Source: Polyangiales bacterium (GTDB lineage Bacteria; Myxococcota_A; Polyangia; Polyangiales; JADJQN01). From it: a DNA stretch of 64,000 nucleotides. The notes below the pieces were generated by a model. The model ran no database searches, was not told where the DNA came from, and saw nothing but the letters and a program-made list of their open reading frames with translations. The stretch lies in the NCBI GenBank assembly GCA_964202905.1, contig CAXNJO010000011.1, positions 1 through 64,000 on the forward strand. Reading direction: 5' to 3'. This document shows, one piece after another, positions 13,131 through 22,176 of this stretch. Each line of letters begins with the position of its first letter. Positions within the stretch are counted from its first letter, which is position 1. Both the position numbers and the translations under genes were made by a program.

Positions 13131-15803
13131 TCAGCGGACGTCGATCTCCGCGAGCGGGAGCACCGTGCCTGCGCCCTGCGCGCTCGTGTAGGCGACGGGG
13201 AGCGCGCCGTCCTTCACGACGAGCCGCATCCGCAGGTGCACGGGGCGGCCGATGTTGTGCGGGACGACGATCTCGCACGCGTCACGCACGACGTCGCCCT
13301 CCCGCCAGCGATCGGTGGGGAGGCGCCCGTTCACCGGGACGTGCGCCGCGTGGAAGTGCGGCGGCACGCCGAAGCCTGGCGGGCCCTCGAACGTGAGCTC
13401 CACGAAGTAGCCCGCCTCGGGCGCGGCGTCGGCCCGCCAGTACAGCGTGACGGGGATGCGGTCGTTCGGGGCGAAGGTCGTGCGCGGCAGGTCGTAGCCG
13501 AGCAGCGTGATGGTGTCGTCGAAGGTGGCGTCGAGGCGCTTCGTCATCTGCGCCGGCGCGCGACCGAGGAGCGCGCGCGAGACGATGTCCGCGTCGCGGT
13601 TCGCCGGGCGGTTCGTCTCCGCGACCCACGCGCGCAGGAGGCCGAGCAGCGCGTCGCGCGTGCGCGGGTCGGCGTCGGCGAGGTCGTGCTGTTCGGCCGG
13701 ATCGTGGGCGATGTCGTAGAGCTCCGCGCGGCCGTCGCGCACCCACCAATGCAGCTTGTAGGGCCCGCGGCGCACGCTCTTGACGTCGAACGGGTAGAGG
13801 CCGTCCGGCATCAGCTCCGCGAAGATCGGGCGCGCCGCGTCCGGCGCGGGGCGGCCGAGCATGCGCGGCACGAGGCTCCGCGCGGGCATCGGGCGCGGCA
13901 CCGGCACGCGCGCGAGATCGAGCAGCGTCGGCGCGAGATCCATGAGCGGCACGGGCTCGCGCACCACGCTCGGCGCGATGCCCGGCGCGCGCACCATCAG
14001 CACCGCGCGCAGCTCCTCCTCGTAGAGCGTGAAGGAGTGCCCGCGGTTGTGGTGTTCGCCGAAGGCCTCTCCGTGGTCCGACGCGATCGCGACGACGGTC
14101 TTCTCGTCGAGTCCGAGGCGCGTCAGCTCCGCGAGCAGCCGCTGCACCTCCGCGTCGGCGTGCGTGATCTCGGTGTCGTACGCGTCGACCGGCGCGGTGC
14201 CGAAGCGCGAGGGCGCGCGATCCCAGAGGTACTCCTCGTGGACGTTGAAGAGGTGCACCCACAGGAACCACGGCTGCGCGCCCGCCGCGAGCGTGCGCAG
14301 GCGCGGGAGCGCGTCGTCGACGGTGCGCGCGCGGGGCGGCTTGTAGATCGGCACCTGATGGATGTCCGCGAAACCCTGGAAGAATCCGCCGGTGCGATCG
14401 AAGTAGTCCGTGCCCATGACGGCCGTCGTCGCCCAGCCGCGCGCGGCGAGGGCTTCGGCGACCGTCTCGTTCTCCGGGAGCAGCGCGGGGTAGAGGTACT
14501 CGCTGCCGTACGCGATCTGCGAGGGCGCGAAGCCCGTCATCAGCGCGGGGATCGAGCGGATCGAGCGCGACGACTGCGCGAGCGCGCGCTCGAAGCGCAC
14601 GGCCGTCCGCGCGAAGGCGTCGAGGTTCGGCGAGGTGGGGCGGTGATAGCCCCACGCGCCGAGGTGATCGGGGCGCAGCGCGTCGACCGTGACGAGCAGG
14701 ATGTTCGGTTGTGGAGGCACGCTGCGCGCGCCGCCGTAGGCGCCCGCTGCCGAGCGCGGCGAGGTCCTCGGGCGAGCCGTCGCCGCCCCAGCAGTCCTGA
14801 TCGACGCCGTCTCCCTTGCGATCGAAGGCGCCGGGGTGGACGCGCGCGTTGCGGTCGTCGCAGTCGCCGCCTCCGAACGCGAAGGCGTGGCCGTCGCCGT
14901 CGCGATCGGTCGCGGCCAGGTACAGGCGCACGAGCCGCTGCCCGAGCACCGCGCGTCCCTCGACGACGGCGCGCGCGCTGGCTCCCGCCGTACGTCACGC
15001 CGGTCACCGCGAGCGCGAGCAGCGCGGCGGAGACGGCCACCGCGGCCGCCGCGCGCACGGGCCCCGGCTGCACGCGCCCGCTCGGCCCCCGCGGCAGGCG
15101 CGCACGCACCGCCCACGCGACGAGCAGGTACGCGATCGCGGCGCCCGGTCCCCACGCGAGCGCGACCGGATCGAGGCACGTCGAAGAGCCGCGGCGCGCG
15201 CACCGCGACGAGCGCGATCGCGCCTGCTGCCGCGCCCGCCGCCGCGCCGAGCACCGTCGCGAGCGAGGCCGCGCGCCCGAGCAGCGCACCGAGGGGCCGC
15301 AGCACGCGCCGCACGAGGAGCAGCACGAGCAGCGCGCCTGCGCCGAGGCCCACGGCCACCGCCGCGAGCGCCCACGCGGCGAGCGAGGGGTCGTGGTAGC
15401 GCGTCGCGAAGTGCAGCGCCGCGCGCTGCCCGGCGAGCACCGCGACGCCGAGGGCGGCGAGCGCGCCGAGGCCTGTCGCGAACGCCTCCGGATCGTGCCG
15501 CGTCCAACGTCGCGGGGCGCTGAGGCGCGCGCGCACCCCATCGAGCCACGGCGTCGCGCGGACGAGCGCGAGCGCCACGCCGAGCGCCGCGCCGACGACG
15601 AGGCCCGGCGGGGCGTACATCGCGACGAGGCTCGCGCCCGCCCGCGCGAAGGCGAGCGGCGGCGCCTTGTGGAGCCCGACGCGCGCCGCGCAGACGAGGG
15701 TGTCCGCGAGGCCGGCGACGACGGCGGTGAGCGCGCCGACGAGCAGCTGCTCGGCGAGGGCCGGCGTCGGCCGTCTCGGGATCGGGGCGGTTGGGGCGCT
15801 CAC
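13131..15803 (-). CDS. Membrane-anchored sulfatase/alkaline-phosphatase-fold protein with MopE-type Cys/Asp motif; three compensating frameshifts (~15180, ~14970, ~14745)
   Basis: N-terminal TMs; DRDGDG...GGGDCDD...HPGA...DGVDQDC in an alternate frame; NILLVTVDALRPDHL, WVHLFNVH, SDHGEAFGEH..RGH; C-terminal LLGYDL...VTLYW beta domain. Confidence 0.85.
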   Translation of the reverse strand: MSAPTAPIPRRPTPALAEQLLVGALTAVVAGLADTLVCAARVGLHKAPPLAFARAGASLVAMYAPPGLVVGAALGVALALVRATPWLDGVRARLSAPRRWTRHDPEAFATGLGALAALGVAVLAGQRAALHFATRYHDPSLAAWALAAVAVGLGAGALLVLLLVRRVLRPLGALLGRAASLATVLGAAAGAAAGAIALVAVRAPRLFDVPRSGRARVGTGRRDRVPARRVGGACAPAAGAERARAAGARARGGRGGRLRRAARARGDRRDVRREPARAPSSRDARCSGSGSCACTWPRPIATATATPSRSEAATATTATRASTPAPSIARETASIRTAGAATARPRTSPRSAAGAYGGARSVPPQPNILLVTVDALRPDHLGAWGYHRPTSPNLDAFARTAVRFERALAQSSRSIRSIPALMTGFAPSQIAYGSEYLYPALLPENETVAEALAARGWATTAVMGTDYFDRTGGFFQGFADIHQVPIYKPPRARTVDDALPRLRTLAAGAQPWFLWVHLFNVHEEYLWDRAPSRFGTAPVDAYDTEITHADAEVQRLLAELTRLGLDEKTVVAIASDHGEAFGEHHNRGHSFTLYEEELRAVLMVRAPGIAPSVVREPVPLMDLAPTLLDLARVPVPRPMPARSLVPRMLGRPAPDAARPIFAELMPDGLYPFDVKSVRRGPYKLHWWVRDGRAELYDIAHDPAEQHDLADADPRTRDALLGLLRAWVAETNRPANRDADIVSRALLGRAPAQMTKRLDATFDDTITLLGYDLPRTTFAPNDRIPVTLYWRADAAPEAGYFVELTFEGPPGFGVPPHFHAAHVPVNGRLPTDRWREGDVVRDACEIVVPHNIGRPVHLRMRLVVKDGALPVAYTSAQGAGTVLPLAEIDVR

Positions 15804-15973
15804 GTCGTCGTCACCGGGACATCGCGTCGGATCAGGGAGTGCGGTGCGCCGCGAGGCTCGTCGAGGCGCCGCGCGAGGAAGGCATCTGCGCCCCGCAGTG
15901 TCGCGAAACTACGCCGCATTCCGGCTGTGCGCCACGGTCGTCACCGCGTGTGCGCCGCGCGGGAGAGTCGGGC

Positions 15974-17143
15974 TCAGCGCACGCAGAGCTCTCGGGGCAG
16001 CTCGTCGGGCCAGAGCGACACTCCGCGCGCGGTGAGCGCCACCGCGAGGGTGTCTGCGAGCGAAGCTTGCAGCGCCGGATCCATCCAGCGCGCGTAGCGC
16101 GGGTCGGCGAAGTCGTCGGCCGCGCCGTAGACGCCGCGCAGCACGTCGATGCGCACGGAGTCGACGCAACTCGCGAGGTGATCCGCGAGCGCGTCGACGT
16201 CGTCGGTGAGGATCGGCTGCACCATCGCGAAGGTGCGCACGCCGCGCGCCTGAAACGCGCGGAGTACCCGTACGCGCTCGGCGATGGGCGCAGCCCGTGG
16301 CTCGAAGTGCGCGCGCACGTCGTCGTCGTCGGTCGGGACCGAGAAGCCGACGTAGGCGTTTGGCAGGCGCGCGAGCACGTCGAGATCGCGCTCGACGAGG
16401 GCGGCCCGCGTGAGGACGAACGTCGCGGGCGGCGCGAGCTCCGGTCGGGCAAGCACCTCGAGGCACGCGCGCGTCAGGCCGAGCGTGCGCTCGATCGCGT
16501 GATACGGGTCGCTCACGATCGGGCAGAACTTCACGGGCCGCCTCGACACGCGGGCGAGTTCCTGCGCGAGCACCGCGGGCGCGTTGGTGCGGGCGTCGAC
16601 GTACGATCCCCACGGCACATCCGCGAGCCCGAGCAGCCCGCGCGACGACGCGAGCCGCGTCTGCGCGTAGCAGAATCGGCACCCCACGAGGCAGCCCACG
16701 TACGGGCTCAGCGTGCGGTAGCGCGCGCCCGGCGTCCCCGCGTCGACGAGCAGCCTCTCGACCGTGACGCGCCGGATGCGCGCGCCGCCTTCTTCGGCGG
16801 TGTGCGCCGCCGCAGACGCGAGCACGCGGAGGACGCCATCTTCGTTCGTGCGCACGAGCGCGGCCACGCGCTCGCAGAGCGTGCGCCCGAGCTGCGGGGC
16901 GAGCCGCGTGCGCGTCTGGGCGACGCGATAGCTCACGAGAAAGCGCGGTGTGCGCGCCGCATGCGGTCGGGTGTCGGCCTCGTCTGCGGGCTCGAGTTCG
17001 ACGTGGACCGAGTCTTCGCCGACCGCGAACGTGAGGCGGAGCCCGAGCTCCGTCGACACCTCCACGAAGCGCGCGCCCGGCACGAGCTCTTCGCCCACGG
17101 CGAGCGGGGCGACCAGCGCGTGGAGGTGTTGCTCGAGATCCAC
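15974..17143 (-). CDS. Radical SAM protein, SplB/Rv2578c-like, with extra ~110-aa N-terminal domain
   Basis: LSPYVGCLVGCRFCYA (CxxxCxxC), SDPY..IE, LTR, FEPRAAP. Confidence 0.85.
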   Translation of the reverse strand: MDLEQHLHALVAPLAVGEELVPGARFVEVSTELGLRLTFAVGEDSVHVELEPADEADTRPHAARTPRFLVSYRVAQTRTRLAPQLGRTLCERVAALVRTNEDGVLRVLASAAAHTAEEGGARIRRVTVERLLVDAGTPGARYRTLSPYVGCLVGCRFCYAQTRLASSRGLLGLADVPWGSYVDARTNAPAVLAQELARVSRRPVKFCPIVSDPYHAIERTLGLTRACLEVLARPELAPPATFVLTRAALVERDLDVLARLPNAYVGFSVPTDDDDVRAHFEPRAAPIAERVRVLRAFQARGVRTFAMVQPILTDDVDALADHLASCVDSVRIDVLRGVYGAADDFADPRYARWMDPALQASLADTLAVALTARGVSLWPDELPRELCVR

Positions 17144-17155
17144 GAGGCGGCGAGC

Positions 17156-19474
17156 CTAGGCGCGCGTGGCCTCGGAGCAACGCGGCGCGGCTCCGGCGGC
17201 GAGACGGCTTCGCAGCGCGGCGGCGAGCGTCGGCGCGTGGCTCGCGAACGCCGCGCGCCAGGCGGCGACGGGCCGCACCACGCGGAGCCGCCCTTCGGGG
17301 TCGACGTACGTGATCGTGTGGGACGAGCGGTTGCCGCGCATCATCGCGAGCGACGTCTCGAGGAGCGCCTCCATGCGCGCCTCCGGGGGCGGCCACACCG
17401 GGGGCGCGCCGAGGGCGCGCGACGCGTCCCACAGAAGCCGCGGCGCGCGCGCCGAGACATCGGCAAAGATGCGCAGCGACTCCTCTTTTTTGCCGATGGC
17501 GCGGAGGCTCAGCGCGAGGTTCATCCACGCCGCCACGCGGCCGGGCTTGGCGGCCACCGCCTGGCGGAGCTCGTCGATCGCGCGCGCGTGCTCACCCCGT
17601 CGACGCCACATCTCACCCACGTAGACGTGGGTCGTCGCGCCGGGGATCGGCGCGAACTGCGCGTCGCATTCGGCGAGCGTGGCGTCCGCCGCCGCCCAGT
17701 CGCCGAGGAGGATCTCCGCCGCCGCACGCCCGACGTAGGCCCACCGGGCCGGGGCGCGCGCGAGGGCCGCGTCGAAGCGGCCGATCGCGCGGGCGGTCTC
17801 GCCGAGCCACAGATCGAGTTCGCCGTGGAAGCAGAGCGGGTGGGGCGAGTCCGGGTACGCCGCGGCGAGGTCGTCGAAGCGCCGTTCGAGCGCCTCGAGG
17901 GGCACGTCACCGAGGGCGCGCAGCGCGTCGGCGGCGGCGTCGCGGCTCGAGAGGAGCGAGTCCGCGCGGGGCAGCCGCACGCGCGCGATGCCGAGTCCGG
18001 ACGCGCCCTCGACGCGGCGGGTGAGCCACTCGCCGCGGTTGCCGAGGAAGCGGTCGAGCGCGGCGAGCGCGGCGTGCGTCGGGTCTTCGAGCCAGGGCGC
18101 GAGGGGCTCCGCGAGGACCTCGAGCAAGCGCAGCAGCTCGGGCCGTTTGGGGATCTGCGACGGGGCGGTGAGGGCGCCGCCGAGGAGCGTGTGCACCGGC
18201 GTCTGCACGCGCATGCGCGACGCATCGCCGAACCGGGCTGCGTCGTCGCGGCGCCCGAGTCGCAGGCTCGCCTCGGCCAGCCACGCGAGGGACTCCATGT
18301 CGTCCGGCGCGGCGTCGCGCGCGCGCTCGAAGGCGACGAGGGCCTCCTCCCAGCGTCCCTCGAGCGCCGGGATCACGCCCGCTGCGCGCTGCACGCGGAC
18401 GTCGCTCGAGGCCTCGAGGAGGGGCGCGAGCCACCGACGCGCCTCCGAGGGGCGTCCCGCCCACAGCAGCAACTCCGCGAGGGCGAGGGCCGGCTCCGGC
18501 GCGGCGGGCGGGCGCGCGCAGCGCTCGGCGAGCACCGCGTACGCGTCGTCGAGCGCCCCGCAGCGCACGAGCTCGCGGCTCGCCTTCAGCGCGAGGTCGT
18601 CGTCGGGCCGGATGAGCAGCGCGCGCCGCGCCCAGCGCACGGCCTCCTCGAACTCACCGCGCTCACGGAACAGCTTGGCGACCTCGAGGCACGCGCTGGC
18701 CTGCTGCGAGCCGACGAGCCCTTCGACCGCGACGCGGTGCCGCGTGAGCGCCGCGTCGTGGAGCCCCGCCCGCGCGAGCGCGGCGCCCTCGAGCAGCGCG
18801 AGCGCGCCGGCCTCCGACGTCGGGCGGACGGCGCGGGCGCGCATCGCGTCGAGGTCTCCGCCAAGCCCGGTGAGGAGCGCGTCGAGCCACGGTGGCTGGG
18901 CAGAATTCGCCTCGTCGGCCGCCGCGAAGACCCGGTCCCAGCGCGCCGCGCACGCGTCGAGGAGGAGCCCGGCGGAGGCCCGCGTCGGGTCTGCGCGGTC
19001 GGCGTCGTCGAGGTGCACGCCGAGCGCATCGTCGGGCACGCGTACGGCGCGGAGGGCGTCGACCAGCGCGCGCAGGCGCACCTCGTCCGGGCCCGGCGCA
19101 TAGCGGGCGCCGCCGCCGCCGTCGCCCTGCACCCACGCGATCCGCCGGACAAAACGCGCGAGCTCGGGCCCGAGCGCCGCGGGCACCGGCACCGCGATCC
19201 GGCGCGGCGGTCGCGTCTCCGTGTCGAGGCGCGCGCACGCGATCGGGGCCGCCTCCCACAACTCCCAGAGGATGGGGCCCGCCGCGGTCGTGGCCCGCAC
19301 GAGGACCGAGGCGCCGGCCGTCCATGCCGTCGCCCGGCTCACCTCGACGCCTGCCATCACCCTCATCCAAGATGGTACATCGTGGATCGCGACGGGCTCG
19401 CTGCGTGCGCCCCCGCGGCCCACGGAGCGCGCCGCGCCGTCGTCCGAGCGCGGACCGCGCGCCCCCGCCGTCAT
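17156..19474 (-). CDS. Large TPR-repeat protein
   Basis: Repeated TPR-like helices (GEFEEAVRWARRAL, GRWEEALVAFERA, GEHARAIDELRQA, AWMNLALSL). ATGA overlap with upstream gene. Confidence 0.75.
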   Translation of the reverse strand: MTAGARGPRSDDGAARSVGRGGARSEPVAIHDVPSWMRVMAGVEVSRATAWTAGASVLVRATTAAGPILWELWEAAPIACARLDTETRPPRRIAVPVPAALGPELARFVRRIAWVQGDGGGGARYAPGPDEVRLRALVDALRAVRVPDDALGVHLDDADRADPTRASAGLLLDACAARWDRVFAAADEANSAQPPWLDALLTGLGGDLDAMRARAVRPTSEAGALALLEGAALARAGLHDAALTRHRVAVEGLVGSQQASACLEVAKLFRERGEFEEAVRWARRALLIRPDDDLALKASRELVRCGALDDAYAVLAERCARPPAAPEPALALAELLLWAGRPSEARRWLAPLLEASSDVRVQRAAGVIPALEGRWEEALVAFERARDAAPDDMESLAWLAEASLRLGRRDDAARFGDASRMRVQTPVHTLLGGALTAPSQIPKRPELLRLLEVLAEPLAPWLEDPTHAALAALDRFLGNRGEWLTRRVEGASGLGIARVRLPRADSLLSSRDAAADALRALGDVPLEALERRFDDLAAAYPDSPHPLCFHGELDLWLGETARAIGRFDAALARAPARWAYVGRAAAEILLGDWAAADATLAECDAQFAPIPGATTHVYVGEMWRRRGEHARAIDELRQAVAAKPGRVAAWMNLALSLRAIGKKEESLRIFADVSARAPRLLWDASRALGAPPVWPPPEARMEALLETSLAMMRGNRSSHTITYVDPEGRLRVVRPVAAWRAAFASHAPTLAAALRSRLAAGAAPRCSEATRA

Positions 19475-22005
19475 CGGGACACGGCGTCGAAGCAGAAGAA
19501 GCGCCGCGCGTCGGAGGCCGCCGACACGTCGAACTCCACGGCGTGCTCGCCGGCCGGCGTCGCGAAGGTCCGTTCGACCCAGCGTGCGCGCCACGGCGCC
19601 TCGAGCGCGCCCACGTCGCGCCCATCGACGCGCACGCGCAGCACGACGGGCGGCCCGTCCCCGCCCTGGGCGTCGTCGCCCACGCCGCCGCCGACGACGA
19701 GCACCTGGCCGAGCCGCGCCCGCGGGAAGCGCACGCGTCCGGTCTGTCCGCCGGGCGGCGGGTGCGCCCACACGCACGCCCGCAGCCGCCCGTCGATGGC
19801 CTGCGCCGTCCGGCCGAGCCACAGCCAGGGCGCGATGGGGCACATCACGCCCGCGTCGCCCTCCGGCCGCGGCTGCGTGCACGGCGTCTCGGCGCCGTCG
19901 CCCGCGACGATGGCGTACGACGCGTCCGCGAGGTGATCGGCGAACGCGTACGTGCCCGAAGCGCGCCACGCGACCCCCGCGCCGAGCGCGATCAGTGCCA
20001 CGCCGAGCGCGCCTGCGACCGCACGCGGCGGCACCGCAGCGAGCCGCGCGCGCCCCCGCGCGGAGGCGTCACGCAGGCGGAGCGGGGCGAGCGTCGGCCG
20101 CGCGAGCAGGGCCGCGCCGAGCAGCCCCGCGACCGAGAGCAGCGCGCCAAGCACGTCGAACCACTGCCAGGCCGCGTAGTGAAAGCGCACGCGCCGCGCG
20201 CCCGCGGGGACCTCGACGCCGACGAAGCGCAGGTGCGTCGTGCCCGGCACCGCCCACGCCGCGATCGGCGCCGCGCGCCCATCGATCTCCGCGCGCCATC
20301 CCGGCCCGTCCGCGCGCCGCAGCACCACGCGCCGCGCGCCGTTCGGCTCGATCTCGGCGTTGTCGCACGTGAGCGACACGACGCGCGGCGTACGCGCGGC
20401 GTCGTCCGGATCGAAGGCGGGCGCGACGTCGGCGTCGCGCAGCGCGCTCACGCGGATGCGCCCGAAGCGCTTCACCTCGCGCAGCCCCGGCGCGAGCACG
20501 CCCGGCGGCGCGTCCACGCTCACCACGCTCCGCACCCCGAGCGCGCGGAGCACGTGTTCTTCGCCGGAATCCGTCGTGTTGCCGAAGGTCTCCGCGATGA
20601 GCATGCCGATCTTGTGCGCCGGCACGCCCGTATAGGCCGGCGCGCCCTGAAACAGATGCGACTCGACGTGCACGTACGCGACGCGCTCGCCCGGCGCGTG
20701 CGGCCGCGCGCGCTCCCACGCCGCGTACGCGCGGAACTCCTCCCACAGCGGGCTCGAGGCCGTCGTGTCCAGCTCGCGCTCGACGGTGCGCGCGCGGATC
20801 TCCTGCACGATCCCGCGCGCGAAGGGCGCGACGAGCAGCGCCGCGACGCCCACGCCGACGAGCCCGCGCGGGCTGCGCAGCCCGCGTCGGATCGCCGTGA
20901 GCGTCGGCCCGAGCAGCTCCGCGACGAGCATCCCCGCGAGCACGAACGCCATCGGCTTCGCGATCATCAGGAAGCGCGGGAACATCAGCTTGCCGAGCGC
21001 GGGAAGGACGCGCAGCGCCTCGAGGTCGAGCAGCCAGTTCCGCGCCGAGACCGCGATCATCAGCACCACCGCGAGCCCGAGAAAGCGCTGTGTCCCGCGC
21101 GCGAAGAGCGCGCGCAGCACCGCGAGCGCGACGAGCACCGACGTCCACGGCCCCGCGCGCAGCACCATCTCGCCCGCGGCCGCGCCGCGCCCGAGCTCGT
21201 TGAACGAGCGGTAGAGCTGCCCGTGCTCGGAGAGCCACGCGCTCTGCGCGAGCATCGGCAGGAGCCAGAAGCCCGCGAGGCACGCGGCCGTGCCGGCGAC
21301 GACGACCGCGGCGCGCGCGTCGGCCGCGAGGCCGCGCCGCCCGTCGAGCCAGCGCGTCACGAGCCAGAGCGGGAGCAGCGCCGCGAGCGCGACGAGCGGC
21401 ATCTGGTGCGTCACGAGCGCGGCGCCGAGCAGCAGGGACGCGCGCGCAGCGAGCCACCCGCCCGGGCGCTCACGCGACGCGACGAGGTCGGCGATCCCCA
21501 GGAAAAGCAGGCACATCGAGAGCGACATCGGCCAGACGCCGTAGGTCACGTCGTAGAACCAGCCGCCCTCGCTGTGGTCGCCGTGGTCCGCGAGCGCGAG
21601 CACCCCCGCGAAGAACGCCCCAAGCCGCGAGGCGCCCGCCGCGCGCGCGAGCCGGTACGGCGCGAGGCCGACGAGCACGCGGAAGGCCGCGAACGCGAGC
21701 GCGTACGTCTGGTGCCAGTCGAGCCAGGTCGTCGGCGCGCGGAAGAGCAGCACCCAGAGCGGCCCGCCCACGGAGTAGACGGTGTTGAGCGGCACGCCGC
21801 TCTCGACGAGATCGCTCCAGCCGCGGAGCGACGGCAGCAGCTGCGCCGTCAACATCGCCTTCCCGAGGTGCGCGCCGTGATCCCAACTCACGGGCGCGGC
21901 GAGCCCGGCCGAGAGCCCCGGCCAGAGCTGCGCGACGGCGAGCGCGGCGAGCGCGAGCGGGGCCGCGAGGGCGGTCGCGGCGAGGCGCAGTCGGGCGCTG
22001 GACAC
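19471..22005 (-). CDS. YfhO/PTPS-related GT-C-like membrane protein with extracytoplasmic domains
   Basis: WDHGAH after TM1, GWSDLVESGVPLNTVYS, GFWLLP, late GWRAEIDG...VRFHY YfhO-type segment, C-terminal beta domain (VWAHPP). Confidence 0.7.
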   Translation of the reverse strand: MSSARLRLAATALAAPLALAALAVAQLWPGLSAGLAAPVSWDHGAHLGKAMLTAQLLPSLRGWSDLVESGVPLNTVYSVGGPLWVLLFRAPTTWLDWHQTYALAFAAFRVLVGLAPYRLARAAGASRLGAFFAGVLALADHGDHSEGGWFYDVTYGVWPMSLSMCLLFLGIADLVASRERPGGWLAARASLLLGAALVTHQMPLVALAALLPLWLVTRWLDGRRGLAADARAAVVVAGTAACLAGFWLLPMLAQSAWLSEHGQLYRSFNELGRGAAAGEMVLRAGPWTSVLVALAVLRALFARGTQRFLGLAVVLMIAVSARNWLLDLEALRVLPALGKLMFPRFLMIAKPMAFVLAGMLVAELLGPTLTAIRRGLRSPRGLVGVGVAALLVAPFARGIVQEIRARTVERELDTTASSPLWEEFRAYAAWERARPHAPGERVAYVHVESHLFQGAPAYTGVPAHKIGMLIAETFGNTTDSGEEHVLRALGVRSVVSVDAPPGVLAPGLREVKRFGRIRVSALRDADVAPAFDPDDAARTPRVVSLTCDNAEIEPNGARRVVLRRADGPGWRAEIDGRAAPIAAWAVPGTTHLRFVGVEVPAGARRVRFHYAAWQWFDVLGALLSVAGLLGAALLARPTLAPLRLRDASARGRARLAAVPPRAVAGALGVALIALGAGVAWRASGTYAFADHLADASYAIVAGDGAETPCTQPRPEGDAGVMCPIAPWLWLGRTAQAIDGRLRACVWAHPPPGGQTGRVRFPRARLGQVLVVGGGVGDDAQGGDGPPVVLRVRVDGRDVGALEAPWRARWVERTFATPAGEHAVEFDVSAASDARRFFCFDAVSR

Positions 22006-22176
22006 CAGCGCGACCGTACGCGGTGCGCCGTGCGCTGCCAAGACGTGTGGCGCCCCGCGGGGCCGGCCGCCTCGTCGGCGGATTCCCTCGCAAAAACGTG
22101 TGTCTGGCGCACCGGACCCTGCGCGTACGGCCCGCGCGCGGCGGCACCGCGGGGGGAATCGTGATACCACCGCGCC

